Shown piece by piece: positions 39,201 to 51,325 of a DNA stretch of 64,000 bases. This DNA comes from Balanoglossus misakiensis (taxonomy: Eukaryota; Animalia; Hemichordata). The first letter of the stretch is position 1. The number at the start of each line of letters is the position of its first letter. Position numbers and translations under genes: made by a program. The notes beneath the pieces were generated by a model that was not told the origin of the DNA, made no database searches, and saw only the letters and a program-made list of their open reading frames with translations. The DNA lies in assembly GCA_040954595.2 (NCBI GenBank), contig CM082583.2, forward strand, positions 13,233,764-13,297,763, written 5' to 3'.

Positions 39201-42200
39201 TTGAACATTTTCCTGAGCTATAACCCATGGTTTTTTCAAAAAATGACCAAATTTTGAAAATTCGCAAAGTCGAAAAATCCTCGATTTTTGAACATTTTCC
39301 TGAGCTATAACCCATGGTTTTTTCAAAAAATGACCAAATTTTGAAAATTCGCAAAGTCGAAAAATCGTCGATTTTTGAACATTTTCCTGAGCTATAACCC
39401 ATGGTTTTTTCAAAAAATGACCAAATTTTGAAAATTCGCAAAGTCGAAAAATCCTCGATTTTTGAACATTTTCCTGAGCTATAACCCATGGTTTTTTCAA
39501 AAAATGACCAAATTTTGAAAATTCGCAAAGTCGAAAAATCCTCGATTTTTGAACATTTTCCTGAGCTATAACCCATGGTTTTTTTCAAAAAATGACCAAA
39601 TTTTGAAAATTCGCAAAGTCGAAAAATCCTCGATTTTTGAACATTTTCCTGAGCTATAACCCATGGTTTTTTCAAAAAATGACCAAATTTTGAAAATTCG
39701 CAAAGTCGAAAATTCCTCGATTTGTGAACATTTTCCTGAGCTATAACCCATGGTTTTTTTCAAAAAATGACCAAATTTTGAAAATTCGCAAAGTCGAAAA
39801 ATCGTCGATTTTTGAACATTTTCCTGAGCTATAACCCATGGTTTTTTCAAAAATGACCAAATTTTGAAAATTCGCAAAGTCGAAAAATCCTCGATTTTTG
39901 AACATTTTCCTGAGCTATAACCCATGGTTTTTTCAAAAAATGACCAAATTTTGAAAATTCGCAAAGTCGAAAAATCCTCGATTTTTGAACATTTTCCTGA
40001 GCTATAACCCATGGTTTTTTCAAAAAATGACCAAATTTTGAAAATTCGCAAAGTCGAAAAATCCTCGATTTTTGAACATTTTCCTGAGCTATAACCCATG
40101 GTTTTTTCAAAAAATGACCAAATTTTGAAAATTCGCAAAGTCGAAAAATCCTCGATTTTTGAACATTTTCCTGAGCTATAACCCATGGTTTTTTCAAAAA
40201 ATGACCAAATTTTGAAAATTCGCAAAGTCGAAAAATCGTCGATTTTTGAACATTTTCCTGAGCTATATATAACCCATGATTTTTTCAAAAAATGACCAAA
40301 TTTTGAAAATTCGCAAAGTCGAAAAATCGTCGATTTTTGAACATTTTCCTGAGCTATAACCCATGGTTTTTTTCAAAAAATGACCAAATTTTGAAAATTC
40401 GCAAAGTCGAAAAATCCTCGATTTTTGAACATTTTCCTGAGCTATAACCCATGGTTTTTTCAAAAAATGACCAAATTTTGAAAATTCGCAAAGTCGAAAA
40501 ATCCTCGATTTTTGAACATTTTCCTGAGCTATAACCCATGGTTTTTTTCAAAAAATGACCAAATTTTGAAAATTCGCAAAGTCGAAAAATCCTCGATTTT
40601 TGAACATTTTCCTGAGCTATAACCCATGGTTTTTTCAAAAAATGACCAAATTTTGAAAATTCGCAAAGTCGAAAAATCGTCGATTTTTGAACATTTTCCT
40701 GAGCTATAACCCATGGTTTTTTTCAAAAAATGACCAAATTTTGAAAATTCGCAAAGTCGAAAAATCGTCGATTTTTGAACATTTTCCTGAGCTATAACCC
40801 ATGGTTTTTTAAAAAAATGACCAAATTTTGAAAATTCGCAAAGTCGAAAAATCCTCGATTTTTGAACATTTTCCTGAGCTATAACCCATGGTTTTTTCAA
40901 AAAATGACCAAATTTTGAAAATTCGCAAAGTCGAAAAATCGTCGATTTTTGAACATTTTCCTGAGCTATAACCCATGGTTTTTTTCAAAAAATGACCAAA
41001 TTTTGAAAATTCGCAAAGTCGAAAAATCCTCGATTTTTGAACATTTTCCTGAGCTATAACCCATGGTTTTTTCAAAAAATGACCAAATTTTGAAAATTCG
41101 CAAAGTCGAAAAATCCTCGATTTTTGAACATTTTTCTGAGCTATAACCCATGGTTTTTTCAAAAAATGACCAAATTTTGAAAATTCGCAAAGTCGAAAAA
41201 TCCTCGATTTTTGAACATTTTCCTGAGCTATAACCCATGGTTTTTTCAAAAAATGACCAAATTTTGAAAATTCGCAAAGTCAAAAAATCCTCCATTTTTG
41301 AACATTTTCCTGAGCTATAACCCATGGTTTTTTCAAAAAATGACCAAATTTTGAAAATTCGCAAAGTCGAAAAATCGTCGATTTTTGAACATTTTCCTGA
41401 GCTATAACCCATGGTTTTTTCAAAAAATGACCAAATTTTGAAAATTCGCAAAGTCGAAAAATCGTCGATTTTTGAACATTTTCCTGAGCTATAACCCATG
41501 GTTTTTTCAAAAAATGACCAAATTTTGAAAATTCGCAAAGTCGAAAAATCCTCGATTTTTGAACATTTTCCTGAGCTATAACCCATGGTTTTTTCAAAAA
41601 ATGACCAAATTTTGAAAATTCGCAAAGTCGAAAAATCGTCGATTTTTGAACATTTTCCTGAGCTATAACCCATGATTTTTTCAAAAAATGACCAAATTTT
41701 GAAAATTCGCAAAGTCGAAAAATCCTCGAATTTTGAACATTTTCCTGAGCTATAACCCATGGTTTTTTTCAAAAAATGACCAAATTTTGAAAATTCGCAA
41801 AGTCGAAAAATCCTCGATTTTTGAACATTTTCCTGAGCTATAACCCATGGTTTTTTCAAAAAATGACCAAATTTTGAAAATTCGCAAAGTCGAAAAATCC
41901 TCGATTTTTGAACATTTTCCTGAGCTATAACCCATGGTTTTTTCAAAAAATGACCAAATTTTGAAAATTCGCAAAGTCGAAAAATCCTCGATTTTTGAAC
42001 ATTTTCCTGAGCTATAACCCATGGTTTTTTTCAAAAAATGACCAAATTTTGAAAATTCGCAAAGTCGAAAAATCCTCGATTTTTGAACATTTTCCTGAGC
42101 TATAACCCATGGTTTTTTCAAAAAATGACCAAATTTTGAAAATTCGCAAAGTCGAAAAATCCTCTATTTTTGAACATTTTCCTGAGCTATAACCCATGGT

Positions 42201-45200
42201 TTTTTCAAAAAATGACCAAATTTTGAAAATTCGCAAAGTCGAAAAATCCTCTATTTTTGAACATTTTCCTGAGCTATAACCCATGGTTTTTTCAAAAAAT
42301 GACCAAATTTTGAAAATTCGCAAAGTCGAAAAATCGTCGATTTTTGAACATTTTCCTGAGCTATAACCCATGGTTTTTTCAAAAAATGACCAAATTTTGA
42401 AAATTCGCAAAGTCGAAAAATCGTCGATTTTTGAACATTTTCCTGAGCTATAACCCATGGTTTTTTTCAAAAAATGACCAAATTTTGAAAATTCGCAAAG
42501 TCGAAAAATCGTCGATTTTTGAACATTTTCCTGAGCTATAACCCATGGTTTTTTCAAAAAATGACCAAATTTTGAAAATTCGCAAAGTCGAAAAATCGTC
42601 GATTTTTGAACATTTTCCTGAGCTATAACCCATGGTTTTTTCAAAAAATGACCAAATTTTGAAAATTCGCAAAGTCGAAAAATCCTCGATTTTTGAACAT
42701 TTTCCTGAGCTATAACCCATGGTTTTTTTCAAAAAATGACCAAATTTTGAAAATTCGCAAAGTCGAAAAATCCTCGATTTTTGAACATTTTCCTGAGCTA
42801 TAACCCATGGTTTTTTTCAAAAAATGACCAAATTTTGAAAATTCGCAAAGTCGAAAAATCCTCGATTTTTGAACATTTTCCTGAGCTATACCATGGTTTT
42901 TTTCAAAAAATGACCAAATTTTGAAAATTCGCAAAGTCGAAAAATCCTCGATTTTTGAACATTTTCCTGAGCTATAACCCATGGTTTTTACAAAAAATGA
43001 CCAAATTTTGAAAATTCGCAAAGTCGAAAAATCGTCGATTTTTGAACATTTTCCTGAGCTATAACCCATGGTTTTTTTCAAAAAATGACCAAATTTTGAA
43101 AATTCGCAAAGTCGAAAAATCGTCGATTTTTGAACATTTTCCTGAGCTATAACCCATGGTTTTTTCAAAAAATGACCAAATTTTGAAAATTCGCAAAGTC
43201 GAAAAATCGTCGATTTTTGAACATTTTCCTGAGCTATAACCCATGTTTTTTTCAAAAAATGACCAAATTTTGAAAATTCGCAAAGTCGAAAAATCGTCGA
43301 TTTTTGAACATTTTGCTGAGCTATAACCCATGGTTTTTTCAAAAAATGACCAAATTTTGAAAATTCGCAAAGTCGAAAAATCGTCGATTTTTGAACATTT
43401 TCCTGAGCTATAACCCATGGTTTTTTCAAAAAATGACCAAATTTTGAAAATTCGCAAAGTCGAAAAATCCTCGATTTTTGAACATTTTCCTGAGCTATAA
43501 CCCATGGTTTTTTCAAAAAATGACCAAATTTTGAAAATTCGCAAAGTCGAAAAATCCTCGATTTTTGAACATTTTCCTGAGCTATAACCCATGGTTTTTT
43601 CAAAAAATGACCAAATTTTGAAAATTCGCAAAGTCGAAAAATCGTCGATTTTTGAACATTTTCCTGAGCTATAACCCATGGTTTTTTCAAAAAATGACCA
43701 AATTTTGAAAATTCGCAACGTCGAAAAATCCTCGATTTTTGAACATTTTCCTGAGCTATAACCCATGGTTTTTTCAAAAAATGACCAAATTTTGAAAATT
43801 CGCAACGTCGAAAAATCCTCGATTTTTGAACATTTTCCTGAGCTATAACCCATGGTTTTTTCAAAAAATGACCAAATTTTGAAAATTCGCAAAGTCGAAA
43901 AATCGTCGATTTTTGAACATTTTCCTGAGCTATAACCCATGGTTTTTTCAAAAAATGACCAAATTTTGAAAATTCGCAACGTCGAAAAATCGTCGATTTT
44001 TGAACATTTTCCTGAGCTATAACCCATGGTTTTTTCAAAAAATGACCAAATTTTGAAAATTCGCAACGTCGAAAAATCCTCGATTTTTGAACATTTTCCT
44101 GAGCTATAACCCATGGTTTTTTCAAAAAATGACCAAATTTTGAAAATTCGCAAAGTCGAAAAATCGTCGATTTTTGAACATTTTCCTGAGCTATAACCCA
44201 TGGTTTTTTCAAAAAATGACCAAATTTTGAAAATTCGCAAAGTCGAAAAATCCTTGATTTTTGAACATTTTCCTGAGCTATAACCCATGGTTTTTTCAAA
44301 AAATGACCAAATTTTGAAAATTCGCAAAGTCGAAAAATCGTCGATTTTTGAACATTTTCCTGAGCTATAACCCATGGTTTTTTCAAAAAATGACCAAATT
44401 TTGAAAATTCGCAAAGTCGAAAAATCGTCGATTTTTGAACATTTTCCTGAGCTATAACCCATGGTTTTTTTCAAAAAATGACCAAATTTTGAAAATTCGC
44501 AAAGTCGAAAAATCGTCGATTTTTGAACATTTTCCTGAGCTATAACCCATGGTTTTTTCAAAAAATGACCAAATTTTGAAAATTCGCAAAGTCGAAAAAT
44601 CGTCGATTTTTGAACATTTTCCTGAGCTATAACCCATGTTTTTTTCAAAAAATGACCAAATTTTGAAAATTCGCAAAGTCGAAAAATCCTCGATTTTTGA
44701 ACATTTTCCTGAGCTATAACCCATGGTTTTTTTCAAAAAATGACCAAATTTTGAAAATTCGCAAAGTCGAAAAATCCTCGATTTTTGAACATTTTCCTGA
44801 GCTATAACCCATGGTTTTTTTCAAAAAATGACCAAATTTTGAAAATTCGCAAAGTCGAAAAATCCTCGATTTTTGAACATTTTCCTGAGCTATAACCCAT
44901 GTTTTTTTCAAAAAATGACCAAATTTTGAAAATTCGCAAAGTCGAAAAATCGTCGATTTTTGAACATTTTCCTGAGCTATAACCCATGGTTTTTACAAAA
45001 AATGACCAAATTTTGAAAATTCGCAAAGTCGAAAAATCGTCGATTTTTGAACATTTTCCTGAGCTATAACCCATGGTTTTTTCAAAAAATGACCAAATTT
45101 TGAAAATTCGCAAAGTCGAAAAATCGTCGATTTTTGAACATTTTCCTGAGCTATAACCCATGGTTTTTTCAAAAAATGACCAAATTTTGAAAATTCGCAA

Positions 45201-48200
45201 AGTAAAAAAATCGTCGATTTTTGAACATTTTCCTGAGCTATAACCCATGTTTTTTTTCAAAAAATGACCAAATTTTGAAAATTCGCAAAGTCGAAAAATC
45301 GTCGATTTTTGAACATTTTGCTGAGCTATAACCCATGGTTTTTTCAAAAAATGACCAAATTTTGAAAATTCGCAAAGTCGAAAAATCGTCGATTTTTGAA
45401 CATTTTCCTGAGCTATAACCCATGGTTTTTTCAAAAAATGACCAAATTTTGAAAATTCGCAAAGTCGAAAAATCGTCGATTTTTGAACATTTTCCTGAGC
45501 TATAACCCATGGTTTTTTCAAAAAATGACCAAATTTTGAAAATTCGCAAAGTCGAAAAATCGTCGATTTTTGAACATTTTCCTGAGCTATAACCCATGGT
45601 TTTTTCAAAAAATGACCAAATTTTGAAAATTCGCAAAGTCGAAAAATCCTCGATTTTTGAACATTTTCCTGAGCTATAACCCATGGTTTTTTCAAAAAAT
45701 GACCAAATTTTGAAAATTCGCAAAGTCGAAAAATCCTCGATTTTTGAACATTTTCCTGAGCTATAACCCATGGTTTTTTCAAAAAATGACCAAATTTTGA
45801 AAATTCGCAAAGTCGAAAAATCCTCGATTTTTGAACATTTTCCTGAGCTATAACCCATGGTTTTTTCAAAAAATGACCAAATTTTGAAAATTCGCAAAGT
45901 CGAAAAATCGTCGATTTTTGAACATTTTCCTGAGCTATAACCCATGGTTTTTTCAAAAAATGACCAAATTTTGAAAATTCGCAAAGTCGAAAAATCCTCG
46001 ATTTTTGAACATTTTCCTGAGCTATAACCCATGGTTTTTTCAAAAAATGACCAAATTTTGAAAATTCGCAAAGTCGAAAAATCGTCAATTTTTGAACATT
46101 TTCCTGAGCTATAACCCATGGTTTTTTCAAAAAATGACCAAATTTTGAAAATTCGCAAAGTCGAAAAATCGTTCGATTTTTGAACTTTTTCCTGAGCTAT
46201 AACCCATGGTTTTTTCAAAAAATGACCAAATTTTGAAAATTCGCAAAGTCGAAAAATCGTCGATTTTTGAACATTTTCCTGAGCTATAACCCATGGTTTT
46301 TTTCAAAAAATGACCAAATTTTGAAAATTCGCAAAGTCGAAAAATCCTCGATTTTTGAACATTTTCCTGAGCTATAACCCATGGTTTTTTCAAAAAATGA
46401 CCAAATTTTGAAAATTCGCAAAGTCGAAAAATCCTCGATTTTTGAACATTTTCCTGAGCTATAACCCATGGTTTTTTCAAAAAATGACCAAATTTTGAAA
46501 ATTCGCAAAGTCGAAAAATCGTCGATTTTTGAACATTTTCCTGAGCTATAACCCATGGTTTTTTCAAAAAATGACCAAATTTTGAAAATTCGCAAAGTCG
46601 AAAAATCCTCGATTTTTGAACATTTTCCTGAGCTATAACCCATGGTTTTTTCAAAAAATGACCAAAATTTGAAAATTCGCAAAGTCGAAAAATCGTCGAT
46701 TTTTGAACATTTTCCTGAGCTATAACCCATGGTTTTTTCAAAAAATGACCAAATTTTGAAAATTCGCAAAGTCGAAAAATCCTCGATTTTTGAACATTTT
46801 CCTGAGCTATAACCCATGGTTTTTTCAAAAAATGACCAAATTTTGAAAATTCGCAAAGTCGAAAAATCGTCGATTTTTGAACATTTTCCTGAGCTATAAC
46901 CCATGGTTTTTTCAAAAAATGTCCAAATTTGAAAATACGCAAAGTCGAAAAATCCTCGATTTTTGAACATTTTCCTGAGCTATAACCCATGGTTTTTTCA
47001 AAAAATGACCAAATTTTGAAAATTCGCTAAGTCGAAAAATCGTCGATTTTTGAACATTTTCCTGAGCTATAACCCATGGTTTTTTCAAAAAATGACCTAA
47101 TTTTGAAAATTCGCAAAGTCGAAAAATCGTCGATTTTTGAACATTTTCCTGAGCTATAACCCATGGTTTTTTCAAAAAATGACCAAATTTTGAAAATTCG
47201 CAACGTCGAAAAATCCTCGATTTTTGAACATTTTCCTGAGCTATAACCCATGGTTTTTTCAAAAAATGACCAAATTTTGAAAATTCGCAACGTCGAAAAA
47301 TCCTCGATTTTTGAACATTTTCCTGAGCTATAACCCATGGTTTTTTCAAAAAATGACCAAATTTTGAAAATTCGCAAAGTCGAAAAATCGTCGATTTTTG
47401 AACATTTTCCTGAGCTATAACCCATGGTTTTTTCAAAAAATGACCAAATTTTGAAAATTCGCAAAGTCGAAAAATCGTCGATTTTTGAACATTTTCCTGA
47501 GCTATAACGCATGGTTTTTTTCAAAAAATGACCAAATTTTGAAAATTCGCAAAGTCGAAAAATCGTCGATTTTTGAACATTTTCCTGAGCTATAACCCAT
47601 GGTTTTTTCAAAAAATGACCAAATTTTGAAAATTCGCAAAGTCGAAAAATCGTCGATTTTTGAACATTTTCCTGAGCTATAACCCATGGTTTTTTCAAAA
47701 AATGACCAAATTTTGAAAATTCGCAAAGTCGAAAAATCCTTGATTTTTGAACATTTTCCTGAGCTATAACCCATGGTTTTTTCAAAAAATGACCAAATTT
47801 TGAAAATTCGCAAAGTCGAAAAATCGTCGATTTTTGAACATTTTCCTGAGCTATAACCCATGTTTTTTTCAAAAAATGACCAAATTTTGAAAATTCGCAA
47901 AGTCGAAAAATCGTCGATTTTTGAACATTTTCCTGAGCTATAACCCATGGTTTTTTTCAAAAATGACCAAATTTTGAAAATTCGCAAAGTCGAAAAATCG
48001 TCGATTTTTGAACATTTTCCTGAGCTATAACCCATGGTTTTTTCAAAAAATGACCAAATTTTGAAAATTCGCAAAGTCGAAAAATCGTCGATTTTTGAAC
48101 ATTTTCCTGAGCTATAACCCATGGTTTTTTCAAAAATGACCAAATTTTGAAAATTCGCAAAGTCGAAAAATCCTCGATTTTTGAACATTTTCCTGAGCTA

Positions 48201-51200
48201 TAACCCATGGTTTTTTTCAAAAAATGACCAAATTTTGAAAATTCGCAAAGTCGAAAAATCCTCGATTTTTGAACATTTTCCTGAGCTATAACCCATGGTT
48301 TTTTTTTCAAAAAATGACCAAATTTTGAAAATTCGCAAAGTCGAAAAATCCTCGATTTTTGAACATTTTCCTGAGCTATAACCCATGTTTTTTTTCAAAA
48401 AATGACCAAATTTTGAAAATTCGCAAAGTCGAAAAATCGTCGATTTTTGAACATTTTCCTGAGCTATAACCCATGGTTTTTACAAAAAATGACCAAATTT
48501 TGAAAATTCGCAAAGTCGAAAAATCGTCGATTTTTGAACATTTTCCTGAGCTATAACCCATGGTTTTTTTCAAAAAATGACCAAATTTTGAAAATTCGCA
48601 AAGTCGAAAAATCGTCGATTTTTGAACATTTTCCTGAGCTATAACCCATGGTTTTTTTCAAAAAATGACCAAATTTTGAAAATTCGCAAAGTAAAAAAAT
48701 CGTCGATTTTTGAACATTTTCCTGAGCTATAACCCATGTTTTTTTTCAAAAAATGACCAAATTTTGAAAATTCGCAAAGTCGAAAAATCGTCGATTTTTG
48801 AACATTTTGCTGAGCTATAACCCATGGTTTTTTCAAAAAATGACCAAATTTTGAAAATTCGCAAAGTCGAAAAATCGTCGATTTTTGAACATTTTCCTGA
48901 GCTATAACCCATGGTTTTTTCAAAAAATGACCAAATTTTGAAAATTCGCAAAGTCGAAAAATCGTCGATTTTTGAACATTTTCCTGAGCTATAACCCATG
49001 TTTTTTTCAAAAATGACCAAATTTTGAAAATTCGCAAAGTCGAAAAATCGTCGATTTTTGAACATTTTCCTGAGCTATAACCCATGGTTTTTTCAAAAAA
49101 TGACCAAATTTTGAAAATTCGCAAAGTCGAAAAATCCTCGATTTTTGAACATTTTCCTGAGCTAAAACCCATGTTTTTTCAAAAAATGACCAAATTTTGA
49201 AAATTCGCAAAGTCGAAAAATCCTCGATTTTTGAACATTTTCCTGAGCTATAACCCATGGTTTTTTTCAAAAAATGACCAAATTTTGAAAATTCGCAAAG
49301 TCGAAAAATCCTCGATTTTTGAACATTTTCCTGAGCTATAACCCATGGTTTTTTCAAAAAATGACCAAATTTTGAAAATTCGCAAAGTCGAAAAATCGTC
49401 GATTTTTGAACATTTTCCTGAGCTATAACCCATGGTTTTTTCAAAAAATGACCAAATTTTGAAAATTCGCAAAGTCGAAAAATCCTCGATTTTTGAACAT
49501 TTTCCTGAGCTATAACCCATGGTTTTTTCAAAAAATGACCAAATTTTGAAAATTCGCAAAGTCGAAAAATCGTCGATTTTTGAACATTTTCCTGAGCTAT
49601 AACCCATGGTTTTTTCAAAAAATGACCAAATTTTGAAAATTCGCAAAGTCGAAAAATCGTTCGATTTTTGAACTTTTTCCTGAGCTATAACCCATGGTTT
49701 TTTTCAAAAATGACCAAATTTTGAAAATTCGCAAAGTCGAAAAATCGTCGATTTTTGAACATTTTCCTGAGCTATAACCCATGGTTTTTTCAAAAAATGA
49801 CCAAATTTTGAAAATTCGCAAAGTCGAAAAATCCTCGATTTTTGAACATTTTCCTGAGCTATAACCCATGGTTTTTTCAAAAAATGACCAAATTTTGAAA
49901 ATTCGCAAAGTCGAAAAATCCTCGATTTTTGAACATTTTCCTGAGCTATAACCCATGGTTTTTTCAAAAAATGACCAAATTTTGAAAATTCGCAAAGTCG
50001 AAAAATCGTCGATTTTTGAACATTTTCCTGAGCTATAACCCATGGTTTTTTCAAAAAATGACCAAATTTTGAAAATTCGCAAAGTCGAAAAATCCTCGAT
50101 TTTTGAACATTTTCCTGAGCTATAACCCATGGTTTTTTCAAAAAATGACAAAAATTTTAAAATTCGCAAAGTCGAAAAATCGTCGATTTTTGAACATTTT
50201 CCTGAGCTATAACCCATGGTTTTTTCAAAAAATGACCAAATTTTGAAAATTCGCAAAGTCGAAAAATCGTCGATTTTTGAACATTTTCCTGAGCTATAAC
50301 CCATGGTTTTTTCAAAAAATGACCAAATTTTGAAAATTCGCAAAGTCGAAAAATCGTCGATTTTTGAACATTTTCCTGAGCTATAACCCATGGTTTTTTC
50401 AAAAAATGTCCAAATTTTGAAAATACGCAAAGTCGAAAAATCCTCGATTTTTGAACATTTTCCTGAGCTATAACCCATGGTTTTTTCAAAAAATGACCAA
50501 ATTTTGAAAATTCGCTAAGTCGAAAAATCGTCGATTTTTGAACATTTTCCTGAGCTATAACCCATGGTTTTTTCAAAAAATGACCTAATTTTGAAAATTC
50601 GCAAAGTCGAAAAATCGTCGATTTTTGAACATTTTCCTGAGCTATAACCCATGGTTTTTTCAAAAAATGACCAAATTTTGAAAATTCGCAAAGTCGAAAA
50701 ATCCTCGATTTTTGAACATTTTCCTGAGCTATAACCCATGGTTTTTTCAAAAAATGACCAAATTTTGAAAATTCGCAAAGTCGAAAAATCCTCGATTTTT
50801 GAACATTTTCCTGAGCTATAACCCATGGTTTTTTCAAAAAATGACCAAATTTTGAAAATTCGCAAAGTCGAAAAATCGTCGATTTTTGAACATTTTCCTG
50901 AGCTATAACCCATGGTTTTTTCAAAAAATGACCAAATTTTGAAAATTCGCAAAGTCGAAAAATCGTCGATTTTTGAACATTTTCCTGAGCTATAACGCAT
51001 GGTTTTTTTCAAAAAATGACCAAATTTTGAAAATTCGCAAAGTCGAAAAATCGTCGATTTTTGAACATTTTCCTGAGCTATAACCCATGGTTTTTTCAAA
51101 AAATGACCAAATTTTGAAAATTCGCAAAGTCGAAAAATCGTCGATTTTTGAACATTTTCCTGAGCTATAACCATGGTTTTTTCAAAAATGACCAAATTTT

Positions 51201-51321
51201 GAAAATTCGCAAAGTCGAAAAATCCTCGATTTTTGAACATTTTCCTGAGCTATAACCCATGATTTTTTCAAAAAATGACCAAATTTTGAAAATTCGCAAA
51301 GTCGAAAAATCCTCGATTTTT
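30222..51321 (-). repeat. 87/88-bp AT-rich satellite array, left arm (~240 monomers)
   Basis: Tandem GCTATAACCCATGGTTTTTT(T)CAAAAAATGACCAAATTTTGAAAATTCGCAAAGTCGAAAAATC(G/C)TCGATTTTTGAACATTTTCCTGA; 27/87 G+C; first two units belong to a divergent subfamily. Confidence 0.99.
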
Positions 51322-51325
51322 AAAA

